Source of the DNA: Octopus bimaculoides
Taxonomy: Eukaryota
Direction: 5' to 3'
NCBI RefSeq assembly: GCF_001194135.2
Contig: NC_068991.1
Span: forward strand, 74,354,491 to 74,386,534
DNA length: 32,044 nt
Shown: in pieces, positions 1 through 10,633 of the stretch
Position numbering within the stretch: position 1 is the first letter of the stretch
Layout of the letters: every line of letters starts with the position of its first letter
Made by a program: the position numbers and the translations under genes
Notes under the pieces: model-generated
What the model was told of the DNA's origin: nothing
Databases searched by the model: none
The model's input: only the letters and a program-made list of their open reading frames with translations

Positions 1-495
1 ATCTGGGTCAATATTTGTTTTTATTTAACCCCAGGTCAGACATTTCATCCAGCAGGCCTGCGATCAAAAGCATTCACCCACATGACTATCTCCTCATTTC
101 CTTTTCAAGAATAGTGTAACCGACCGAGGACCACGCTGTCTACTCTCTCTCTCTCTCTCTCTCTCTGACTTTTTAAGTATGAGAAGTATTACTTGGAAGA
201 AATTGGCTGCTATTTCTAGCATACTGAGTAACCACGTCAACGCCTCCTTCTTCCCCTGACTGATTCATCGTACATCTTGGAAGCACACATTCTTAACTAT
301 TATTAAGAAGTACCAGGCGTTTCCGTGAAAAGAACAGCTTCTTTTCCAGGGCGATTACTATCTTTCATCTTTATGCTTAACGCTATGGAACTGAAGCCAG
401 CCAGCAGTCTGTTGGACTATCACTCCAGGTCTTCGGAAACATCTTAACAGTTTACCAGTATTTCATATTTTATTCAAATTTTAGGTTAGATAGCT

Positions 496-889
496 TGTTG
501 TTGTTGTTGTTGTTGGCACTCCGTCGCCTACAACGTCGAGAGTTCCAGTTGATCCGTTCAACGGAACAGCCTGCTCGTGAAATTAACGTGCAAGTCTCTG
601 AGCACACCACAGACACGTGTACCCTTAACGTAGTTCTCGGGCAGATTCAGCGTGACACAGTGTGACAAGGCTGACCCTTTGAATACAGGCATAACTGAAA
701 CAGGAAGTAAGAGTGAGAGAAAGTTGTGGTGGAAGAGTACAGCAGGGTTCGCCACCATCTCCTGCCGGAGCCTCGTGGAGCTTTAGGTGTTTTCGCTCAA
801 TGAACACTCACAACGCCCGGTCTGGGAATCGAAATCGCGATCCTATGACCACGAGTCCGCTGCCTTAACCAGTGGGCCATTGCGCCTCC
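496..889 (-). mobile_element. Full-length tRNA-derived SINE with (AAC)n tail
   Basis: tRNA-like head GGAGGCGCAATGG...GGTTAAGGCAGCGGAC...TTCGATTCCC. The body is collinear with the copy at 1840-3010. Confidence 0.85.
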
Positions 890-932
890 ACCTGTTAGAT
901 AGGATACCTTGCGATATCTGTGTCAACTTTGC

Positions 933-946
933 GTTGTTATGGCAAC
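933..946. promoter_or_regulatory. RFX X-box (GTTGTTATGGCAAC) within a promoter-like CpG-containing segment
   Basis: Matches the 14-nt X-box consensus RYYNYYATRRNRAC. A second GGCAAC half-site lies at 999-1004 and a YY1-like AACATGGCG at 1231-1239. Confidence 0.45.
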
Positions 947-1839
947 GTCTGCGACGGTACTGGATCCATTGGTAGCGTGGAGAGAGGAGACATGCATAGG
1001 CAACGGATTTTTCTGTTTTTTTTTTTTGTCTGCTTGGTTGCACATTGTCAAATTTGGAGTATAGATGTAATTTTCCAGGTTGAATCTCAGGGCCTAATTC
1101 ACTTGCTCCAGAAAATATTTTCAAAGAGTACAGAATTTTAAAGTTTGATCATTTGTACTCAGTCAGAAAACAGAATATGGAAGCTGTCATTTTGTACGTG
1201 ACTGCAATCGCAAGACAACAAAATAATATCAACATGGCGACGATAGCACGTGTTTTAAGCGTTTAGTAAGCGAAAAATGACCAAACAACGAGTAAACAAC
1301 GCATATTTTGTAGTTTTAAGAATTCAACATGCATTTAATGCGAACAACAACAACAACAACACATTTTGTAGTTTTAAGAGCAGAAAAAAATTCAAGCTTC
1401 ACACACACACGCACATATATGCACATGCACGTGCACTAACACACATACAAACACATACACACACACTAACAGAGAGAGAGAGGTGGGGCAGAAATGAAAA
1501 ATATGTTGCTCAACTCGCTCATATGAACGGAAATACATGGACGACCTTGACTATATATCTATCTTAATGAAATGAAACAAACTTTTCTACAATGCCACAT
1601 GGTAGGATCGAACATGTGACATTCATGAGTGCAAAAGCAGTAAACCGATGTATTGAACAGATGTATTGAACAGTACAGTACAAAATGTAAAAAAGAAATA
1701 AGAAAAAAAAACGTAAACAGCTCAATATGTCACGCAGTAGCATCGAACCTAGAACCTCGAGACTGCAGAAGCAGGAAATCAGGAAAGACATATCGAACAA
1801 TGTAGACCGAGGTATAATACATAAATAAATAATGAATAT

Positions 1840-3010
1840 GGAGGCGCAATGGCCTAGTGGTTAAGGCAGCGGATTCGCGGTCGTAGGATCGCGGTTTCGC
1901 CTCCCAGACCGGGCGTTGTGAGTGTTTATTGAGCGAAAACACCTAAAGCCCCACGAGGCTCCGGCAGGGGATGGTGGCGAACCCTGCTGGGATATTTATG
2001 GTTTGACGGCCAACATTTTTTTATGTAGTGTTTTTGGTACCGAAACACTTTCAAACTTCGAATACTTGTATATTTTGTGTTATAGAACAAATAAAAAATG
2101 TTGTATTCGAAGTTATTTCATGTAAAAAATTGTCGTATTTCGGTAATTTCAACCAATCACTGACGTCTATNNNNNNNNNNNNNNNNNNNNNNNNNNNNNN
2201 NNNNNNNNNNNNNNNNNNNNNNNNNNNNNNNNNNNNNNNNNNNNNNNNNNNNNNNNNNNNNNNNNNNNNNNNNNNNNNNNNNNNNNNNNNNNNNNNNNNN
2301 NNNNNNNNNNNNNNNNNNNNNNNNNNNNNNNNNNNNNNNNNNNNNNNNNNNNNNNNNNNNNNNNNNNNNNNNNNNNNNNNNNNNNNNNNNNNNNNNNNNN
2401 NNNNNNNNNNNNNNNNNNNNNNNNNNNNNNNNNNNNNNNNNNNNNNNNNNNNNNNNNNNNNNNNNNNNNNNNNNNNNNNNNNNNNNNNNNNNNNNNNNNN
2501 NNNNNNNNNNNNNNNNNNNNNNNNNNNNNNNNNNNNNNNNNNNNNNNNNNNNNNNNNNNNNNNNNNNNNNNNNNNNNNNNNNNNNNNNNNNNNNNNNNNN
2601 NNNNNNNNNNNAGAAATACGACAACTTTAACATGAAATAACTTATTAAGAAGTAATGTTTGTTAAGAAAGCTAAGAGAAAAAGATGTTTTATATGACACA
2701 TTCTACCAGTATCCCGAGTTTGAAAGTGTTTCGTTAAGAAAACAAGTGTTGGCCGTCAAACCATGAAGATCCCCCTGCTATACTCTTTCACCACAACTTT
2801 CTCTCACTCTTTCTTCCTGTTTCTGTTGTACCTGTAATTCAAAGGGGCCAGCCTTGTCACTCTCTGTGTCATGCTGAATATCCCCGAGAACTACGTTAAG
2901 GGTACACGTGCCTGTGGAGTGCTCAGCCACTTGCACGTTAATTTGACGAGCAGGCTGTTCCGTTGATCGGATCAACTGGAACCCTCGTCGTCTTAACCGA
3001 CGGAGTGCCA
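1840..3010 (+). mobile_element. tRNA-derived SINE (same family as 496-889) split by a MITE
   Basis: Head at 1840-1989; the body resumes at 2773 exactly where it was interrupted. Confidence 0.85.
1990..2772. mobile_element. MITE / non-autonomous DNA transposon with about 26-bp TIRs and an 8-bp TSD
   Basis: TIRs GGATATTTATGGTTTGACGGCCAACA and GGATCTTCATGGTTTGACGGCCAACA. TSD CCCTGCTG (1982-1989) and CCCTGCTA (2773-2780). The interior is partly an N-gap. Confidence 0.8.
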
Positions 3011-3268
3011 CGGAATAATAAATAAACATAGTTCCAGCTTGCAGCGTGTTTTTCATGAAAAGGTCTCCTCAATCAGGACGCTCCTACGGTTAAACAACAG
3101 TGACGGCGACGACAACAACAACAACAACAACAACAACACCAACGATAGCATCTACAGCTGCTACTAGAATGACAACAAGAGCAGTAAAATATGAAGCTTG
3201 TAAATAAATTTACATTGTAACCTTTCTTGATAAACAATTTCAAATTGTAACCTTTTAATATGATTTTT

Positions 3269-3480
3269 AGCTGGCAGAATCGTTAGCAGACCGGGAAAAA
3301 TGCTTAGCGGTATTTCGCCCGTCTATACGTTCTGAGTTCAAATCCCGCTTTGGTCGACTTTGCCTTGCATCCTTTCGGGGTTGATAAAATGAGTACCAGT
3401 TATACACTGCGATCGATATAATCGTCTTACGTCCTCACACGAGCTTGTTAGCCTTGTGTCAAAGTTTTAAACCAATGTCT
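3269..3480 (+). mobile_element. tRNA-derived SINE (GCTGGCAGAATCGTTAGC family)
   Basis: A-box-like TGGCAGAATCG and B-box GAGTTCAAATCC; many related copies in the window. Confidence 0.8.
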
Positions 3481-3534
3481 ATAATTTTTAATCCGTGTAC
3501 ATCTTATAAACTCAAATAACAATAAGCTGATGAT

Positions 3535-3730
3535 GTAGCCGCTAGGCCTGGAATTTTGGGAGTGGGGCCTAGTCGATTACATCGACCCCAGTGCCCAAGG
3601 GATGCTTATTTTATCAGGCGCGAAAGGATGAAAGGCAAAGTTGACCTCGGTGGAATTTGAACTCAGAACGTAAAGCCGGATGAAATGCCGCTCAGCATTT
3701 TGTCTGGCGTGCTAACGATTCTGCCAGCTC
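3535..3730 (-). mobile_element. tRNA-derived SINE, same family, inverted relative to 3269-3480
   Basis: Reverse complement begins GAGCTGGCAGAATCGTTAGCACGCCAGAC...GAGTTCAAATTCC. Confidence 0.8.
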
Positions 3731-4394
3731 ACCGCATTCAATGCATATAAGTTTCAATCCGTATACGTTTTAGAATTCAAATAATAATAGCAATGATAAT
3801 AAAATAAAACAAAAAGTTTGGTTCAATGTCCACAAAATAAAAATCTAGCTTCAGTAACATTTGCTAAGCGACATTGTTGCAAAATGATCGCCATTGTTCT
3901 TTTATCCGGAAACTTTGAAATATTGTTTGACAACAAACCGTTGTTTATTATTAAAAACGAACGTTATTTAAAGTTTAAAAGTAAAGTTGACATTATGTGT
4001 TATATATACACACGAGTGTAATATAACACGTATGAATGAATATGATACATGTATAATACAAACTCACAATAAAAATGCAAATCCAAAACCGGGAGAGGCA
4101 AAAATGGAAAACGAGGAACAGAGAAAGGAAAACAAAGAAAAAAGCAAACAAGCCAAAAAAAAACCCAAAACAATATGAAAGCATAAAGGAAAGAAGCAAC
4201 AGGTGTGTGGATATATCTGTAATGACACACACACACACAGAGTCGAAGTTGAAGTGTTATTTTATATTCAAATAACATAACACATGTTTTCTATAGCGAA
4301 AACATTGTCCAAATCTGGGATGTTGACATAAATACAAGCAAGAGAATGGACACATTTTTTTTTCTTTTTCTTTTTTTTTTATTCTGTAACCTTT

Positions 4395-4560
4395 TAACTT
4401 GTTTTAGTCATTAGACTGTGGTCATGCTGGGCACTTGCTAGTTGGGTTTTTGTCCATCAAATCAACCCCAGTATTTCTTTTTTTTAAAATTCTGGTACGC
4501 GTTCTATCAGCATCATTATTATATAGGGGCGTAAGCAAACCAACATCGGTTGTCAAACGG
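4395..4560 (+). mobile_element. Short interspersed repeat (CATTTGACTGCGGCCATGCTGGAGCACC family)
   Basis: Homologous to copies at 7310-7490, 7585-7770, 13395-13735, 17145-17235, 17955-18065 and 27870-27980. Confidence 0.7.
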
Positions 4561-4829
4561 TATTGAAGGAGCACATATACAAACATACTCACACACACAA
4601 ATACACACAAATACACACATACATACATTCATACATACATATATTCATACATACACACACGTACGCACATACATAATAATGCAATCATACATACATACAT
4701 TCATACATACATACACACACATACATGCACACATGCACACAAATACATACATACACACACGCATATACATACATACATACATACATACATATTCATAAAC
4801 AACAACTCAAGGAATATTGTGATGGAATA

Positions 4830-5280
4830 TTCTCATCAAAATTTCTGTCAAATGTGAACATAACATGTCAGATATTGTTGATTGAGACAGAGGGGTAACG
4901 GTATGCAACATCATAGAGGTCAGCTGCCCTGCAGATATAACTCTTTGAAAATCAAGGAAAAAGAGGATATCAATGAACAATTGCTTCGGAACCCCTAGGT
5001 TCTATATCCAGACTATGAATTCATATTTATACCAATAATAATTGGAGTACAAGGTTTTGTTAGTAAATGCTTAAAGGAGAATCTGGATAAACTGGAATTT
5101 TCAGAAAGAGAAAATGACCGGTTGATTCGTACATTGAATCTGTGAGTGGAAGAGTAAAAATATGCAAGACTTTTCTCAAGTTCCAAATGTGGATTTGTCT
5201 GTGTTAACTACATCCCAAAGATGGAGCCTTGTATCTTTCTTGGAAACCAGTTCCCTCCTCAGTGGAAGATTTATAATAAT
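4830..5280 (+). mobile_element. 3' fragment of an RLE-endonuclease non-LTR retrotransposon (R2/R4/NeSL type), degenerate
   Basis: Interrupted translation ...CNIIEVSCPAD...LLRNPRFLYPDYEFIFIPIIIGVQGFVSKCLKENLDKLEF...KICKTFLKF. It ends in TAA repeats and is flanked by (CATA)n. Confidence 0.75.
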
Positions 5281-5750
5281 TTTAAAAAATAGAAGAGACA
5301 CACATACAAACACATACACACATACAAACATATACATACATGCATACATGCATACATACATACATACATACATACATACATACACACATGCATACAAACA
5401 CGTGCATACATACATGCATACATACATGCATACATACATACACACATACAAACGCATACATCCATACGCACATGCATACATACGTATATACATTAATACA
5501 TACATACATGCATACGTGTATGTGTGTGTGTGTATGACATGTTTCCGTATATCAAATTCAATCACAAGACTTTAGTCACTTCCCCCACCCCGACAGGTGT
5601 TTACATGAGGAGACACATACCCAAGATGCTGCGAAGTGAAACGGAACTGGAGACCTCGGGGTTTCAAAGTGAACTGCTTGAATACACGGCATACCACATA
5701 CCACCACACGCATAAACACAAAAATGCTCCACCAGCCCGACTGAACTTAC

Positions 5751-5843
5751 ATGCTTGGCAATAGCGAATTCGTCGCCCGGATTAAGATAGCCATTTGGCC
5801 ATTGCGCCTTTGGTGATGTCTTCTCTGCTGCAAATCCTTGAAT
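5751..5843 (-). CDS. Candidate internal exon (93 nt) of an unidentified gene
   Basis: Strong sites: aatttccatcatttcag|ATTCAAGG...AAGCAT|gtaagt. It is open in two frames (IQGFAAEKTSPKAQWPNGYLNPGDEFAIAKH or FKDLQQRRHHQRRNGQMAILIRATNSLLPS). I do not recognise either product. Confidence 0.5.
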
Positions 5844-5894
5844 CTGAAATGATGGAAATTGTATAGAGATGGCCATCAGGTGGATTGGACCCGT

Positions 5895-6055
5895 GATTCA
5901 AAAGGTACTGCTTCGTCACAATCTGTGTCACGCTCATTCTACCTGAGAATTACATTATGGGTACACGTGTCTGTGGAATACTCAGTCACCTACACGTTAA
6001 TTCAGGAGCAGATAATACAGTTGATCAAACAATGGAATTGTCATCGTCAAACGAC
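5895..6055 (+). mobile_element. Degenerate 3' half of the 496-889 SINE family
   Basis: TGTGTCACGCT...GGGTACACGTGTCTGTGGAATACTCAG...CACGTTAATT matches the body of the SINE. Confidence 0.65.
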
Positions 6056-6130
6056 GCAGATCTTATCACCATAAAAACTCCACTAATCCTTTTCTTCCTT
6101 GGCTATCGCCGAGCAAACACGCGAACTTAC

Positions 6131-6282
6131 TTCGTCCCGGCTTTCAGTTCGTGCCTCACAGCGTTCATATACACATAATTTTTCACGCCTGGCCGCATAG
6201 CCTTTTCCGTTTGTTTTCTGTCTTGTTTTCTTTTCCGTTTGTTTTCCTGTCTTGTTTTTTGTCCGCCACTACATTCCTCCAT
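6131..6282 (-). CDS. Candidate first coding exon upstream of the 5843-5751 exon
   Basis: GCT ATG G start context at 6282; open for 50 codons plus 2 nt up to the donor GACGAA|gtaagt at 6130. It is followed by a 287-nt intron containing a SINE remnant. Confidence 0.4.
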
Positions 6283-7004
6283 AGCACAGGTTTAATTTGT
6301 ATATACAAATTTAATTTGAGGTCCATGGAAAGAGCCGTTTTAACGATGCGTCCTGCCCAACTCTTCGAAACGACTGTGTTAAAATGGGGGTAACTGATGA
6401 AGGAAAATGTCTCTATGTGGCTTGTGTGTTTTCTATACCTTGGTTATTACTATTTTCTTGTCTACGTTTTGTTTGCAATGTCCTGTACCCAGATATGCAC
6501 CTATATATACAGGTAGACGTAGATATGCACATACCTGTACGTATATATGCATATACTCATTTATTATTTGTTTTATATATATATATATATATATNNNNNN
6601 NNNNNNNNNNNNNNNNNNNNNNNNNNNNNNNNNNNNNNNNNNNNNNNNNNNNNNNNNNNNNNNNNNNNNNNNNNNNNNNNNNNNNNNNNNNNNNNNNNNN
6701 NNNNNNNNNNNNNNNNNNNNNNNNNNNNNNNNNNNNNNNNNNNNNNNNNNNNNNNNNNNNNNNNNNNNNNNNNNNNNNNNNNNNNNNNNNNNNNNNNNNN
6801 NNNNNNNNNNNNNNNNNNNNNNNNNNNNNNNNNNNNNNNNNNNNNNNNNNNNNNNNNNNNNNNNNNNNNNNNNNNNNNNNNNNNNNNNNNNNNNNNNNNN
6901 NNNNNNNNNNNNNNNNNNNNNNNNNNAGCGGTGCTATCAAGTTTGGAATGGCCTGGGTCAACAATAGTCAAAAGCTTTCCAAGTTCTCTATCTGTCTGTT
7001 TGTC

Positions 7005-7296
<292 letters not shown>

Positions 7297-7309
7297 TGTC
7301 TCTTCTATC

Positions 7310-7770
7310 CCCATCACCGCTTGACACCCGCTTTAGGATTGTCTACGTTCCCGTAACTTAGCGGTTCGGCAGAAATAACCGGTAGAATGATTACCAGGCT
7401 TTAAAAAAGTACTGGAGTCGATTCTTTCAATTAAAAATTCTTCAAAGTGGTGCTCCAGCATGGCCGCTGTCTAATAAATGAAACAACTAAAAAATAATGT
7501 GGTAGATGGAAACTGAAAGAAGCCCGTTGTATATATATATATATATGTGTGTGTATTTATGTGTGTCTTTGTGTTTGTATTTTTGCTCCCCTCCCCATCA
7601 TGTCACAACCGATGTTGGTGTGTTTACGTCCCCATTAACTAGCGGTTCGGCACAAAAGATCGATAGAATAATTGTCAGGCTTACGAAGAATAAGTCCTGG
7701 GGTCGATTTCTTCGACCGAAGAGGCATTGCTCCAGTATGGCCGCAGTCACGTAACTGAAACAAGTAAAAG
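7310..7770 (-). mobile_element. Two consecutive copies of the CATTTGACTGCGGCC repeat family
   Basis: Both contain ACTTAGCGGTTCGGCA...GTCGATT...TGCTCCAG(C/T)ATGGCCGC on the plus strand. Confidence 0.7.
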
Positions 7771-8063
7771 AGTAAAAAGAGATATAAACACTGATTTTAG
7801 ATACAAGAACAATGAGGGAGAAAGAGAGACACACACACACACACAGGCATACACGCACACAGACATAAACACACACACAATTAGAGTTGATTTACATATT
7901 TAAACTACCACTTAAACAAGCCTACAGGACAGAGTGTCTTTTTCTCTTTTTGATATTTTAATATTAAAGTGATTATGTTTTGATACAGATTAATTCTGCT
8001 GCAGGATTGGCCTTAAAACCTTCCTACTTAAAAAAAAAAATATATATATTTTCATCTCTTCTA

Positions 8064-8104
<41 letters not shown>

Positions 8105-8344
8105 GGGAAAAGTGTATAAGTATATTGACAATAAACAGGCAAATGAACATGGTGTTGTAAATCCGGAAATGAAGTGGTTGCTTCCGGTATCTATCAACAG
8201 CTTTGACAATACTGCTAATTCTCTTATTGTTTTCTGACTTAAGTATTTTCCTTTGTGTTTAAATAAGGATTGATTGAATCTGCTTAACAGGAACAGCGAG
8301 ATGAATTTGGTAATGAAGTAAACTACCACCCGGATGTATTTCAT

Positions 8345-8990
8345 TGGCAGAATCGTTAGAACGTCAGACACAATGTTTTTGCAACATTACTTCCGGTTCA
8401 TTACGATCTAAGTTCAAATTCATCTCGCCGAGATGAATTTGGCTTTTAATCTTTTCGGGGGCGGTCGATAAAATAAAGTATCAGTCAAGTATCGGAGCCG
8501 ATGGTATCGTCTGTCTTACACCCCTTCAAATTTGCTGCTCTTTTACTTCAGTCAGAAATTACTATTCTCCGGATCTAAGGCAGCGAGCTGGCAGAATCGT
8601 TAGCACGCCGGGCAAAATGCTTAGCGACATTTCGTCCGTCATTACATTCTGAGTTCAAATTCTTTCGAGGTCGACTTTGCTTTTCATACTTTCAGGGTCG
8701 ATAAATTAAGTACCAGTAAAACATTGGGGGTCGATATAATCGACTTATCCTTGCCCACCAAATGGCTGCCCTTGTGCCTCAATCAGAAATTATTATTCTC
8801 CGGCTCTTTATGTTTCGAGTTCAAATCCTAACAAGGCCGACTTTGCCTCTCATCTTTTCGGCATCGTTGAAAAAATTATGAATCCAAGTTAACGAATCAG
8901 CGGAACTGTAAAATCGTTGGATTGGATGCCTTGCGGTATTTGTTTCAGCTCTTCGCTTTCTGAATTCAAATCCTGTCATGGTCTACTTGG
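8345..8990 (+). mobile_element. Tandem cluster of about four GCTGGCAGAATCG-family SINE copies or fragments
   Basis: Repeated TGGCAGAATCGTTAG and GAGTTCAAAT...GGTCGACTTTGC motifs at about 8345, 8575, 8800 and 8910. Confidence 0.75.
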
Positions 8991-9400
8991 ATACTCGTCT
9001 TCCGGGTTAACACCACCAACGGGGATCCCACCGCTCGAGGAATCTTCTCTATTGGAAGCACTTGGGTCAGATGTCCAGTTTGAGGATGTATTCCTTTCCC
9101 CTTCTCACCAGTATCGTGGAAAACCCTTAAACCTTTTACAGCAGACAATTTAAAGAGTTACAGACACTGCTCTCTCTCCCTCCTAACAAAAGAAAATATG
9201 AAAATAAAAATAAATGGCACATATTACAAGAAAGATTTTGAACAGAGTGGCAAAAAAAAAAAAAACTCATGTGGGAAATTAAATGTAGAAGAATATACAA
9301 TGTATGGGTCTCATGTGGAAGACAGTAACTTAGGACTTGTTAGGGAACCCTATAAATCCCAGAATACACGGGCTATTAAAAACAAGTGCTGTCTTCTCGT

Positions 9401-9461
9401 TGTGATCTCTGGTTTACAGTTGTATATTCAGAGGTTATACAACTGTAAACCAGAGATCACA
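9401..9461. other. Perfect 26-bp inverted repeat with a 9-nt loop
   Basis: TGTGATCTCTGGTTTACAGTTGTATA-TTCAGAGGT-TATACAACTGTAAACCAGAGATCACA. Confidence 0.95.
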
Positions 9462-9479
9462 TTTAATTTCCGGCAGATT

Positions 9480-9595
9480 ATATTCACAATATTCACACAT
9501 CGTTTGACAAATTTATTGAGGGCCAGCATTTCTTTCTCCACCTGAGTCATCTTCTTCAAGCGGTACTTGAAGAAGTCGATGAGGCTTTCATCGAA
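9480..9595 (-). mobile_element. C-terminal fragment of a Tx1/L1-type LINE ORF2
   Basis: Minus frame DESLIDFFKYRLKKMTQVEKEMLALNKFVKRCVNI resembles the C-terminus of Tx1/L1 ORF2 (from recall; not searched). Confidence 0.5.
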
Positions 9596-9641
9596 AAAAA
9601 AATAATAATAATAAATATTCTGTTTACATTCTCTGTTTTTG

Positions 9642-9850
9642 TGGAGGCGCGTGGCTTAGTGGTTAGGGTGTTGGACTCATAACCATAAGGTTGTAGTTTC
9701 GATTCCTGGACCTGGCGATGTGCTGTGTTCTTGAGCAAGACACTTCATTCCACTCGGCTGGCAAAAATGAGTAACTCTGTAACAAACTGGCGTCCTGCCC
9801 ATCCAGGGAAGAATACATTTGCCAGAGAAACCGGGACACCAGGAAACCGG
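9642..9850 (+). mobile_element. tRNA-derived SINE with a central CTTGAGCAAGACACTT domain (V/CORE/Meta-type)
   Basis: GGAGGCGCGTGGCTTAGTGGTTAGGG...TTCGATTCC head followed by GTGTTCTTGAGCAAGACACTT; a related fragment lies at 28480-28550. Confidence 0.75.
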
Positions 9851-10303
9851 TCCTGTTCTTCTTACTGAGTAATGTGAACTAACCTACTCCTTTCAGACTT
9901 GTCTACCACACAACCTCACTGGCCTAACTGACTTTCCTTGCTCAAAGAAGGTGGCTCTGCACTTTTTCCGAATTAAATATGCTGACAGCCATTAAAAGCT
10001 GTTCGAAATGTACCTCACGTGACCCTCCTTATACATCGAGGTACGGACCATTTCGATACCTGAGATTTGCAACAACATTAGGTTCCGAGCAGAATGGCCC
10101 TCAATGCACATAATTCCTGCAGGAGTGCCTGAAGTATCGAAGCGTCCAGGGACGATGAGAGACGGTTCAGCCTTGACGAAACGATCGTACGTATTCGAAA
10201 AGAATAACGGTCACCATAATCTGTTTTTAATTTAGGGAAACAGCTTGCGGTGTTTGAGGTGAAGGGGTTAGTTGGTTCCAGTGGGCTTTATTTTATCAAC
10301 TGT

Positions 10304-10344
<41 letters not shown>

Positions 10345-10594
10345 TTACTAGTAGTAGTAGTAGTAGTAGTAGTCTGCTTTCCTACAACCTCCGGCTTTTT
10401 GACGACATGGCTGAGTAAATCACTGAGTAAAAATAAATAAATAAAAAATAAAAAAGAGAGAAATGAGAAAAGAAGAAAAAAAAAAAAAGAGAAGAATCTC
10501 CGTAAATTTTCGCCGTGAAAATCCATTATTTCACTTGAAGAAAATCACATAAGAAAAACATCCTGTTGTTTGAGAACATTATTATAGTTTTTGC

Positions 10595-10633
10595 TGACGC
10601 ATTTACTCAGAGGATTGTAGCCAATCACGTGAT
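10595..10633. promoter_or_regulatory. Promoter-like cluster: CRE half-site, NF-Y CCAAT box and overlapping E-box
   Basis: TGACGCA at 10595-10601, AGCCAATCA at 10619-10627 and palindromic ATCACGTGAT at 10624-10633, all in non-repetitive-looking sequence. Confidence 0.4.

Noticed and set aside
1840-1915. tRNA-like sequences (also at about 820-889, 9642-9710 and 17790-17835)
   Set aside because: These are SINE heads followed by SINE bodies; no complete cloverleaf with an acceptor stem.
6266-6282. ACTACATTCCTCC resembling a ZNF143/SBS motif
   Set aside because: It does not match ACTAYRnnnCCCR exactly and overlaps the candidate start codon.
8139-8317. Possible plus-strand exons ANEHGVVNPEMKWLLP and EQRDEFGNE joined by a 104-nt intron
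   Set aside because: Weak acceptor and donor, no recognisable homology and no linked exons.
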